Assembly (NCBI GenBank): GCA_003344405.1
Contig: NOWV01000026.1
Location: 186,001 to 250,000, forward strand
Length of the DNA: 64,000 bases
Direction of reading: 5' to 3'
Origin: Trichoplax sp. H2
Lineage: Eukaryota
Shown: one piece after another, positions 38,427 through 51,380 of the stretch
How the letters are laid out: each line of letters opens with the position of its first letter
Position numbering within the stretch: position 1 is the stretch's first letter
Notes under the pieces: model-generated
Told to the model about the DNA's origin: nothing
The model's input: the letters and a program-made list of their open reading frames with translations, nothing else
Database searches by the model: none
Translations under genes and position numbers: made by a program

Positions 38427-41400
38427 ATGCAGCGAAAGCGACCCTATAGCAATAAGAAAAAGAAGAAGCAACTGCAGGAGAAGAGAGAACGTAAAAGAGG
38501 TATATACGGGTATAACGTCGCCACGCGAACGGAAATAATTAATCAGATAATTTTTTCCTGTAAGTTTTGTAGGAATAAGATAAGCAGTTAAGTACGGTAT
38601 GCTGTGTACTGCTATGGACTTCTAGATCCCCAGTTCTAGAAGTCCATGGTACTGCTCGAGCTAAATCAAATTTTACTGCTACTCCTTAGCACAAAGTTGT
38701 TAACCGCAGTTTACAAGCATACTGTAATGTTTACTGTTAACTTGATTAGATAGCTTCTGCATCTGTAATTCTGTGCATTATGTTGTTCGTAGAGATCCTT
38801 GGTTAAAACGAAAAGTCCCTTTATTAAATTTACTGTATAATTTTGCGATCACCGGATTTTAAAGTTTTATATACTTGTCATATAGAAAATCGTGCTTTTT
38901 TTTTGCACTAGTACAGTATATATACATCACATATTTACATACTGTAATTATGTGAGCACTGTAATAACGATACCTTCATTTTGTTCTTGATACAATAGCT
39001 GCTGAGCAAGTCTCTGGACTAGACGATGGCCTCTACAATACTGATAGTGCTGCCCAGAAAGCATATGATGATACTGGAAATAATCTACAGGGATTGCAAA
39101 AGGAAATACTAAAATTGCATACCCAACCGGATAACATCTGTAATAAAGATTATGATGCTAATAGGTTAATCCTTGATCATATTCAATAGTATAGAGTCGG
39201 ACGTACTACTAAGTACCGGATTATTAAATAATATGTTATAATCGCCTTACAGATCCGAATTAATTAAGCGGATTATGAATAATCTGCTATTATAGATCTT
39301 TCCAATATGGCTAGCTAGAATTTAGAAAGAAGGCGTATTTAATAGACTCTTAACGAAGCTATAATCTCCAAATAATACAACTTACGTTTTTAAAATTTAT
39401 AGGTACCGAATACATTTCTGGCGTGAGAAGAAGACGACAGTGGACGAACGAAAAGCCCTGTCTCATCAACCTATTGAACGATTAAGAGAGGTTATAGTGC
39501 ACATTTCAAGGATCATAGAATAGTAATTTAGTTATCCTTTAAATAGAGTTAAGTTGTTTTAACTTATAAATGTACATGATTGGCCTTATTGTAACATAGT
39601 AGACTGATTTGGAAGTAGCCATAGAAGATATTTATTATCCTGGTTCAGGTAATAGTAGTGCTCATCCTTTGTAATTTATGCAACATGATAATTTGGAAAA
39701 TTGATTTATTGTGATTCAAGAGACGACTTTACAGCTCTTGCTTATCTGTGCTATTGTAATGCAGTATTAGATATACCTAAACGGCCGAATTGGTCATATC
39801 AGATGTCTAAGAATCAAGTCGAGAGGAACGAGGAAAAATACTTTATCAACTACCTTCAAAGTATCCACCAAAATCACTCTGAAGAGACGTTAAGCTATTT
39901 TGAGCATAACTTGGAAGTAATTTCTTTGTAATCTAGTCTTAACACAATATTGTAATATTGGATTAAGGCTGATATGCTGTATTTCGGTCTAGAAAGTACT
40001 AGCTAACGATAGTCATAATATCTATTCTAATTGTAATGTTTTTATTGTACAGACCTGGCGACAGTTATGGCGTGTGCTAGAAATTTCGAATTTAATTCTA
40101 GTTGTTGTTGACATTAAAAATCCTGTAAATAGCAAATGGCACGACTGTATTTTCATCTTTCTGTGTTCTCTGATAATATTTCTTCCTATCTAATGTGTTA
40201 ATCTTGATCTCATAGATACTCCATTTTCCTCCAGCTTTATATGATTATGTTGTTAATGATATGAAAAAGAGTCTCGTTCTAGTTTTCAATAAGGTGAAAA
40301 TCCTCTGGTGGTTAAAGTTGGATTTAATAGGATACGGCATTTGTTCGTTAGGGTCTGATTCCAATATGTACTTACAGATAGATTTGGTGCCTGCGCCTGT
40401 TGTAGTTGCATGGAAACAATATTTTATGGCAAAATTTTCGAAGTTACGAATTGTATGTTTCACTGCTTATTCATACCATAATGTTGACGGAGTTTCAGCA
40501 ACCACCGCAGAAAATAGTAATGACGAAATTATGTTCAGTGTTGACATTCGTTACTAGCTATAACAAAGACTGAAGTTATATTTTTTGAACAGCATTAACT
40601 CGCAAACGCCGTAGGACACGCCAGATTTTGAATGTTATGGGGTCAAGACAGCTAATTCATGTTTGCCGTGAACTATTTCCGGATACTGGTTAGATAATGT
40701 TTTCTCAACAGTAAATTTTTATGTCGATTATTAGCTTATTAATGATTAGTGTAATGTTTACGTTTATTATAAATTCTTTTGGAAGCAGATCATGCTCAAT
40801 TTTGTTTACTTGATATATTTATGTATTTAGATTTATCTCAGTGGGAGGAAAAGATTGAGATAATACCTTCAACTGATCAAGACCAGCTTTCGTCGGAATC
40901 TGATTCGGAATCGGAGTCTAACAATACCACAGGTCATCGAGAAGAAACAAACGGTAAGATAGATTTCGAGAATTACTCTAGAAATTTATCTACTTCTTAT
41001 TTTATTTGACAATCTATGAAATAGATAGTGACGATGATATCAAGGATGAAATGATAACAATTGGACTAATAGGTAAGTTATTCGTATAGAGGTGACAATA
41101 TGCAGTAAACATAGATGTAAGTCATACTGCTACTTATTTTATTGCAAAACGATAGAGATGATTGCTTTATTTCTAGGACAACCCAATGTTGGTAAATCAT
41201 CAGTCATAAATGGTTTAATTGGCAAAAAGGTAAGTTTAAATCTGAAGTGAAATATCAGTACTTCGACGTGCATTGAAAATTTTGGATAATTAGTATACGA
41301 AATGCGGATTGGTTATACGTAAATATGCTATATTTTTAGAATTGCACTCATAATGAGAGGTGCACTTACATTCTACAATTAAGAAGAGCTTGTTGTATTT

Positions 41401-42603
41401 AATTGATTGATTCCTTAGATTGTTAGCACTTCTCGTTCTCCTGGCCATACGAAACATTTTCAGACTATCTACTTGTGTCCTACCATACGATTATGCGATA
41501 GTCCAGGAATAATATTTCCTTCACTAATAGATAAACAGTTACAGGTAGTGCTACATTAACTTCTGATGGTATTTACGGCTTATTTGATTTAATGTATTAA
41601 AAGGATTTTTCTTAATCTATGCCATTTCAGATTTTATCTGGATTATATCCAATTTCACAAGTGAAGGAGCCATATTCTTCTATTGCTTACATTGCAGCTG
41701 GAACTCCCTTACCTAAGCTGTTAAATATTAAGCACCCAGACTGTAACTGTAAAAATCCTAGTGTGGAAGACGGCGGCCAACCAAAGCATCTACGATCATT
41801 CTATATTGCTTGCAGTAAATGTAACTTAACATGGTCTGCTTGGATGATCTGTGAAGGTCTCCTGCTAATAATAGTTTTTTCTAGTAAACATAAGCGAGTA
41901 CATTTAGATATATGTGTCAGTGTATGTAATACACGATAAAAAGATAGCGTACCTTAAATTACTTTCGTTATGATCATTTTCTAGCATGGGCCATGAAAAA
42001 CGGGTTCAAGACCGCGAAAGCTGCAAGAAATGATGTTTATAGAGCAGGTATAAATGTACACCGTATGAATATCTGTCTCGTAAACTTTTCTAAACAATTT
42101 AGAAAGTTACTGAAGTTGCTATGCATTTAATGATGTAATGATTTAAAAGGACAAAAAGATCATCTTAAAATTTTATTGATTTATACCCCTATGTAGCTAA
42201 TAATTTGTTACGATTATATACCGATGGTCGACTTTGTTATTATATGCGCCCTCCTAATTTTATGGCTAAAACAGGTAATTTATTGTACTTTGATATTTCT
42301 CAGATTATTTTATAATAGATTGTACCGCATCATAAACATTCCTTGATATTTTATGGCTCATAGTGTCTAATAGAGCAATTTTATAAATTATTTACTGATC
42401 GCTATTGCTAAGATTGGAAAGAAGAAGATATACAAGCAATGAAGCTATTACAGCAGAACCATTACAGAAGTAATGCGGCAAAAATGGAAGAAAATAGCCA
42501 GATGGAAAACGATTCGAATACTAATGCCTCTAGTGATGAAAACTTTGATAGCAATCAAGCATACAACTTTAACCGGTTTGCTTTACTATTAGAAAATGAA
42601 TAA
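38427..42603 (+). CDS. GNL1: Guanine nucleotide-binding protein-like 1 (circularly permuted YlqF/YawG-family GTPase), multi-exon
   Basis: The N-terminus MQRKRPYSNKKKKQLQEKRERKR is GNL1-like. Further motifs: LDIPKRPNWSY, FEHNLETWRQLWRVLE, G4 NKID, G1 GQPNVGKSS, G2 SPGHTKHFQT, G3 DSPG, and AKAARNDVYRAANN. Stop TAA at 42601-42603. Confidence 0.93.
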
Positions 42604-43875
42604 GAAACGTACTACCTTGCATCAGTATAGAATCAATTACGAATTATTTTACGAGGCGGATGAATATGCTTTGATAATATAATTAATTACTGTACTTATT
42701 ATGATTTGATGATAATTATAATGTTCAGCTAACAAACCTCTTCATTCGGTATGGATATATTGTCATATATTCTCTAGTAGATGTATTGCATCATATATCT
42801 ATTGGCGTCTGGCCTTTGTAATATTGTAATTAAATTGACAAGGAGATCCGTATTTATGAGTATAAGCTGTAAAGAGTTATCTGAACTTTTATTAAGTATA
42901 TAGCAAAACAAAGAGAAGCGAAGCAAACTCGCAATTGAGTTCAAGTTATTGTACGTTATTGTACGCTTTGCCAGAGTATATTGCGAGATCACGAGCATTC
43001 TCACCGACTGTAAAGCTATGTGCTTATTCTACTGTATCCTTACATATATGAGAAACTAACTTAACTCTTGGCAATATATCATTATAATTGCAATTAATAA
43101 ACTGTGTAACTTTTAATAACGTGATAGCGTAGAAATTCTAACGTGTCCACATCATACAGCGCTGCATAAAGATATAATTACAGTAGTGTATATAATAGCA
43201 TTCTTTATTAATTAATAGGATAGTTAAAGATATCAATTACAGTTAAATTGCACATAATCATTTCAGTACTGTAATGTAACGCACACATAAATGACAGTAA
43301 TCACTTCATGAGATACGAGCTTTTAAGTTTTTCGGCTGTTTTCGAATAGAACTCTTGATTAGAATTGTATATTAAATTAATAGTCAATAGTCTTAATTTC
43401 GGAATGCAGAATATAACATGCCTGGTCCACACTATGTATATAACACATCTTATCAACATATCGCACAGTAATATAAATTACTCCAGCTAGAATGTAAAAG
43501 TGACGACCATGCACGCTACCCGTATGTGCAGTATGGCCGAACGAACGGCCATTCCTATTTAATTATGAAATAACCTCACACAGTTGAACCGACGGCAACC
43601 AAGTAAGTATTTATCGCCGACTAGGAATTGCATTATTTATATCAAGAAATAGTCTATTCAGGCATAATTGTATAAGGAAACTAATATTAATAGCAAAATA
43701 ATATAAAATAAATCAAGCAATAAATACTATTTACTGTAAATGGCCATTTCAGTATGTTTTTGTTTTACCAAAATTATATCCTTTTTTACAAATTTAGATC
43801 TGCGATATATATTAATTTTAATAGTCATTCAATAATATTCTATCAAAAATCTATTTTAAAATAAAAGTAACAAAA

Positions 43876-46800
43876 TCAAACATTGGATTCCTTTACATCC
43901 GCTGACGAATATTCGTCATTATGAAAGCCAGAGATTATACTGTAACTACTTCTTTTTGAGTACTTTGAAATCTTATTAGCTCTTACTCTTCTAGAAGTAA
44001 TATCAAATTGAATACCCGAAGATATAGTTGTTTCGCTATCAACAGAATCTGAGAACCTAACAGCCTTTGGTGTAGCTTCTTCAATGGGTAATCCATCAGT
44101 TGGGCGATTGGAAAGTACGGTCTCAATCCATTGCATGCTAGCAATAAGGCTATCATTGAAATCAGTTACTAGCTCCGGTGACTGTGAGCATGTCTCCTTA
44201 ATGGAGCTATCATCATTATCGCCGATACAATGCGTTAAATTCCCCATTTCTGTATCGCTAACCGCATAAACTCCCGAGCGGCGATTCCTTAATTTAGTTT
44301 TTTGACTACTAGAAGTTACAATATCTTCGTCATCATAATCATCTTCAACATCATCATCATTAACTTTGTATAATGGCTTGATTGAAATATTTCGCGTAGC
44401 ACGAAATTGACCACAATTATTTAAATGCTCATTTTCTAAACGAAATAAGTTCCAAATAAACCTTCTACAATAACATAAGATTAGAATTTGTTAGTAAAGT
44501 TACATAGAACGGAAATCTTATTTCGAAAATATCTTACCGAAAAACTTCAAAGGATGCTAATATAGTTATTAGCAAGTCAGAATCTAACAAATTTAATTCA
44601 CCAACTGAAACAGTTATCGTCCACGCAAAACGTAGAACCAAGTTTGCAATCATAGCCAAATAATAAAGATACTACACGAATTAAAAATGAAGCTATTAAG
44701 TAACTATTAATAACCAAAAATTAAAGTCAGAAACGCGTCAATTTATTTATACCTTGGACGGATAGACGGTTTCTTCTCGTAGTAGTTTGTATGGACCATT
44801 TCTACGTAGTAAACCCCAATCCATGTATAGATCCCACGAATACGTGTATAGAGTGCTAGCAACCAACGATACAATCCAAACCGAAAAGAGAGGCCCTTGT
44901 GAGCTACTACCTACAATAGCAGTTTAAAATATACTTTAGTAGTTACGATAGGATTCAGTGCCAGTCTAGGTGCGCAAAATTGTTTTACCTCGGTGCAATA
45001 CCGCCAAAGTTGAAAAAGTTGTAACAAGGAAGGATGTGAAATATTTACCAGCGTTTACTAAATGAGGAAATTTCTGTTTTGTGTTCTTGTATCGACGGAG
45101 ACACTGAGCAAAGCGGAACCATGCTGGCAAACATGCAATTACAGGCCTAATACCATTACTTACTTCAAGGCACACATCAGGAAGAGATTCGGTAATGGTT
45201 TCGTTATTTGATTGAGTCACTTAAGCGTACATTAAAAATTGATAGAAATTACCCTTCCACCATCATACTTTCTTAATTGTACTTCAAATCGTACCAACTT
45301 ACATGTATCAATTTTAGCAAGCCTACTACCCAATGTAGCGTAAAAGCAAATGCCACATTGGAGGTCTAATAACGCTACCACAAGGCTATTCAATTGATCC
45401 GCTAACCAAAAATCGGCAAATTTAACGTAGCAGAATGGCGCACGAATTATCCGGCCCTAATCATTAAAAACAGTTATAACATTCAATACTCTATACAAAA
45501 TAAATAAAAATCATACATTAGATTGAAATAAAGCATTTACCAATATACGGAGTAACCACAAACGTGAGCTTTTACATCCAAAATCAAGGGGGTTGATAAG
45601 ATACAATAGCATAAAACTAGTGACCCCGATGGGGAATATTAGTTGATACCCCACAGGGTGATCACTTACAGACATCATCAGAAAACCGAGAAAACCCGAA
45701 GCGCAGATCGTAAAGAGGAAAAAGCCAACCTATAAAATATAGAATAATGAATGCACAAACTAAATTTTCTGAGCTCTTATTCTCCTATAAAAAAGATCTT
45801 GCTCATGCGCACATACCTCCATCAACTGTATACTAGTTAAGTTATTTCTAGGATCAAGTTCGAAAATTAGTACATGATTAACACCAGAGATTCGCCAAAT
45901 ATGAATATTTAGACCAAGTAATGTAACAGCTAGGATAAAAAGCAAATATCCACGAAATATTCTCCAAACGGGTAAAACAAAAGGATCAGACGAAGAACCG
46001 CGGAAAGGATTTACAGATGAAATTAACACTACGAAGATAAACGTTAAAATCCCTTTTACAGTTGGAATTAGAATGATGTTGAGAAAACTATTGCTATTCA
46101 CCGTTATTTAATAACTATGCATATCACTGCCTATGCGGACGTACATTGGTATGTGATTATTGCCACAAGGAAGGTAGACATGCCAAACCAAGTACCGAAG
46201 CGAAACGTGGACCAGTGGGATTGCTGGAATAAGCATAAAATACGCGTATTGTAAAATTTGCTCTTCTTACTATTGAATAGCGCATTAAGGAGTAACAAGG
46301 ATGCAAAGAATTGATTGCAGGAAATTATTAAAAGAAATACATTGCCATATGTAGTATGAAGTACTGTACAGTGCCAATTTTAATTCAATACCGAACGTCT
46401 TTACCAGTATTTTAGTCAATTAACTTAACGTTCCTGCAACTTGAAGACATTAATTCTATAATAGCATGTACTGTAGTCTTAAGCTAAATAGCTTTAATAA
46501 AATTTCTGCGTCGACATTCAAATAATAACCTACCCGTTCGGCCAAAGGCGGCACTCGAAGCCTATTCATAGCCTTCGATCTATTACCGAAATCTAAAGCG
46601 ATGGTCAGATTCTAATAAGGAGAAAAGATATTTGGATATGTATTAGATTAGATTTAAATAGATAAAATTTTAATGGTATACGAAATTTCAGTAATTCATT
46701 GTATTGCTATAATAGTATGGTTACCTGTAAAAATTACAAAGAAGCAAACAAAAGATATACCTTTTTATTGCTAATGATAACGTAGTAATTTAACAACTAC

Positions 46801-49166
46801 TGTATAAGATATAGAGATAACACAATGCACACTTGCTGTTAGTAAACCCTGATTCTTACTATAGTAAATTACACACCATTGCTATAGAATAAAATACCTC
46901 TATTTCTTCTATCATGAAAGCCACTTGCTTATTTGTATGAAAGGGTGCAGTCTCAATTTCTTGTGGGAGGAAGGTTCTTATACCATTCGTCGACAACATC
47001 ATCTTAGTCATAACCATATCACATAAAGGATAAATATTAGCAGCTGAAAACTGAAAACTGCTCCGCGATGCAACAATTTTGTCATTTCATGATCTAGTAT
47101 CAATCTAACCTTATCGTATTTTTTTAATATTTTTCGAAATCCGGTATGGTTTAAAGTCTGCAATCGTTATTGAAACATTTGCTAAAGATGTACTTGAGTT
47201 TGATAATCGATCAATTGAACTTAATTACATTAAGAGAGCAATGCTGCAGCAGTAGTGTACAATATATTTATTAGCACTATGGTGTATTTCGTGATTAGAG
47301 TTTTTAAGGGTATGATCCTATAATGCATATTGAACATAAACTGCAAGTATTCTATTTCGAAGCTAGGTACCATGCGACACTATAATTTATACCTGGTAAT
47401 TTTGTAAGAAAGTTAAATTCAGGTAGAATTCACTTAAATTGAATCGTAGTTTATTCAACCTCCTTTTAAAAGCCATGCCTAATTTTTTGTTTAGTGGTTT
47501 TACTCGGTTGACCAATAAGCTGGTTTTAGTTTCCTTGCTGAAAGCTACAGAGGGCCGAGGGACTGCTGCACTAACAATTTTTCCTTCACGTAACTTTTTA
47601 GTACTGTTAACCAAGAAACTTTCGGCTCTTGACCTACGTGCTTCTGCAAGACATCCTATGTTGCGTAGGAATCCTTCTACTTCTATATGTAGTGTTTTAA
47701 ACTTGCGTTTGCATTCGCTGATCTTTTCTAATTGCCAGAAATAATTTATAACGATATTTACAATTCAAAACTGCATCATTAAACTTCATTAAAAACATGT
47801 TTTAACGTTTTCAACTCACATTTAAAAGTACATTTTAGTACTTAGCATAATACAAGCAGTAACATCTACATTAAAATGATACTCTAAACAGTTACAGCTT
47901 TAGCTAGTTATGATGACATGCTAAATATTGCTTTTGATATTATCTTAGCTAGTTCACTTTTTAAGCAGTGAATACTACCAGACGAAAAAGTGAATAAATC
48001 CGAGAATGTAATGACTTTTGATACCTGGGTAGATTTTAGCTAATATTTATAATTTCTAGCATCGCAGGTAGGTGTGTTATAGCTAAACCTGTCTAAACCC
48101 ATGCACTACAGTAAATTGATAAATCACTTCGTGCTTGCCTATGGATATACGGGTATAAATATATAAATCGCTACAAAACCGAGGAGTTTACACTGTAACA
48201 CTTAAAGAAATTCTCAGTATTACCGTTACTCGACTAGAGTTAAGAAGGATGACACGAGCAATGTCACAGGATAGTATAAGTATGCAAGTAGGCATGCTAT
48301 CTACAGAAAGTCTAGCATGTGTGTACCTATCGATGCGAACTAGAGACCTTTAATTATTAATATCTTAGTTCAGTTGGGTGTTTGATGTCATGTAATACGT
48401 TGAGCAGCCTCAACTTGAATTCAGATACAAGGAAACGATCATTACTTTCATAAAATAATACCTAGTGATCGTCATACGCGAAAGCGTATTAAAAAATCAC
48501 ACTACGATTATGAATATACGCGTACATATAAGGATAGGATACGATACAGCTCATAATTAATGATTCTACTGTTAATATGCAACACATGTGCAGCATGCAG
48601 TAATTTCAACTCCGATAATTTCATACGTGCATCGTGAGTAAATTCATAAATGAGAAGTTAACTATTTTAAAGTAAAGTGTACCCTGTAATTAGGTTATGA
48701 TTGCTTTACTGATTTCAATAGATACTAAGGCACGTCATCCATTCCTAACCTAAAAAAAAGTCGTTGACTCTTTCCAATTCTTCGCTACATAATGCAAAAA
48801 ATTTTCCTTCAAATTTAACTAGGTACTCCTCCATGACTTGTTCCACGTTGCCATCTTCATTTTTTATTGGACGTTCGTTATATCCGTAATAGATCATCTG
48901 CTTTAATTTCTATAATAATACAGCAAGTATAAATCAGATAAAACAGATGAACCTTTACAGAACACCGATGCACCAAATACTTCATATTCCACGAGATATT
49001 TGGAAATTATAGCACAGTAAAAATTCTATTTTTTTTACGTAAGTATATTACCAAAACAATAAAAACAATCTCAACATGTAGTACGCTTATTTATCACCTT
49101 ATAATTTATATACTGTTTGCGCCATTCAGGCGTTAAGTTAGCCGCTAGATAGGCTGAAAACTTCAT
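43876..49166 (-). CDS. XPR1: Phosphate exporter XPR1/SYG1 (SPX plus EXS domains), multi-exon
   Basis: Starts [23 protein letters not shown]. Further motifs: [84 protein letters not shown] and [21 protein letters not shown]. Stop codon at 43876. Confidence 0.95.
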
Positions 49167-51380
49167 CTTACTAATTTCAATGCTACTCTGTTCTATCTTT
49201 GCACGATACAATTACAGTGTTAGGTTTGATTCTTGTGCCATATTTCAAGTAAATTTCTTCGTACACCCACTGAAATGTAGCCTGCCAAGATTTATTTGCT
49301 CATATGGATCATCAAGGTATTGGACCGAACCGAACCTTTCTCAGGTCTAATTTACTGCATCAATCAGATCCCTCAATTGATTCATACATGTACTGTACTT
49401 TTCTAGGAGCACAAAGCCCAGGAACTGTACCATACCGTACATAGTACAGTATAGTACTCGCACTCAGATTCAGATTTTATTTATGCTGACATATGAGTAA
49501 AACAGATGTCGTAGATTAAGCTGTAGCTTAGATATCTTATTTGACATCTGTTTTACGCAGTTTTGTTTACTATGGCATCAAAGAGGTTTGTACTGTACTT
49601 TACAGTACTTTGTAGTCTGTGTTTTGTATACATACTGTACACTGTAGACTACCAGATTCTTCCGCCTAGTCTTGCCACGGCCAGTGCCAGTCCAGTGTTC
49701 AAAACTAGTACCGGGAATTACTTACTGTGCCGTACCATCTGACTCAGTAGTTTCCTTGTTTTTTTTTATTATTACAGGAAGTTAGTTGCGATTTTGCTGA
49801 TTGCGGAATAAACTAACAATTAAATACTATGCATAAATTTAGTAATAAGTTCGATTAATTTTTATTCCCAGTTAATAATTATTTTCCTTATTTTTATCAA
49901 CTGGCTTTGATCGTACAGAGATCAGTATTTGATGAAGTATGGAGTGATGCGCCCCATATTTGATTATAATTAATAGGCTATATTTGACATAGTTAGGTTA
50001 GTAAGAATAGATATTATTATCATGAAGCTAATATTAGATGATTAATAACTACTATATTAGAAATTATTGATGAGTAATGCTAGCCAGTTGACTAATTATG
50101 ATACAAGATATATGTGACATGACATACTGTAATTGCGAAGATACCCTATACCAAAAGGTGCTGGATATTAATGGAAGAGTAGTGATATCTTAAGTAGAAT
50201 GATTCGGGTTGTAGAGGATAATGATATTCTATTTAAGAAAAAATATTCTGTTTGATGACTCTAATCTTACTGTGCTCGTAGATTAATTAAGTTGTCATAA
50301 ATGGATTTAGCGAAATGTATTGAACAACTGCGGAGATGAGCTCACAAGGAGTGAAGAGATTTCACTTCGCTTTGAGCTCGGAATACTTTAAATTTTAGAT
50401 TAGATTCTTGTAATTATTGCTCTACTATCCGTAAAGCCTTGTAATAAAAACCTTTTTAGAAATACCATTTGAATAAGACAATTATTGTGAGACACTTTAA
50501 TTACCAGTGTTAAACGTCTGTACCGTACTTTTTTTTGCAGACTGCTTGGTAAACTGATAAAGCCTGTGCGTAGTAAAGTCTCTAGATGATTTGTAACATA
50601 CTGTATTAAGTTTTACAACGATCAAATTCAGCAAATTTAACAGGTGGCACAGTTCTTAAAGTAACATATGTTTTAGTCTATCTTTCAGTTCATAGTATTC
50701 TATACGAAAAAATTCATACGTCCTGATTATCCTCATTTTACATACGTTTAAAAGAATGAACTAATTAACTATAAGCAAGATAGGGAATGATACCGCTCGA
50801 CACTCATAGACAATTGGACAGTATAATGCAATGCAGATCTTTTTAAACTTATAATCCTTACCGCTCGTTTCGCCCGGGGAGGTAAATAAATTATTTAAAA
50901 TGATAGATTGCATAGTCCACTTAGGCTTGGACTACTAGAAGAAGCCTATGACCTAGTCCATACTACAGTATAGAGGTAGAAGGAAACCTCTATGGTCCAT
51001 ACAGTTGGCTTACCAGTACGTACCATTACTGCATTAGTTGCTCAAGTACAGTAAAATATCCAGTAATATTTTTGACTAACTGAAAAAATTGAAAGTTTTC
51101 GTTCTGATGATACCATAGAGAAAATAAAAAAAATTTTTATAAGCAAGATTAAGTACACGATCTAAAATACTTCATTAAGAAGTTCTTAGTAATCATATCA
51201 AAAGTATCACGCGGTGCATACAGAAAGTACCGTATTTTATTTTTTATTTTACTTTATTTTCCTAATCGTCTGAGCAGTAACTGGCTCAAGGAGAACTTTT
51301 AAGACGAAATTTACCAATCTCTTTATGCGATCATATTTTTTGCGAAGGAAGTTACGCTCATCGTAGCAGGTAGGAATACC

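Noticed and set aside
47439..47744. 101-aa ORF on the + strand
   Set aside because: It is the antisense shadow of an XPR1 SPX-domain exon.
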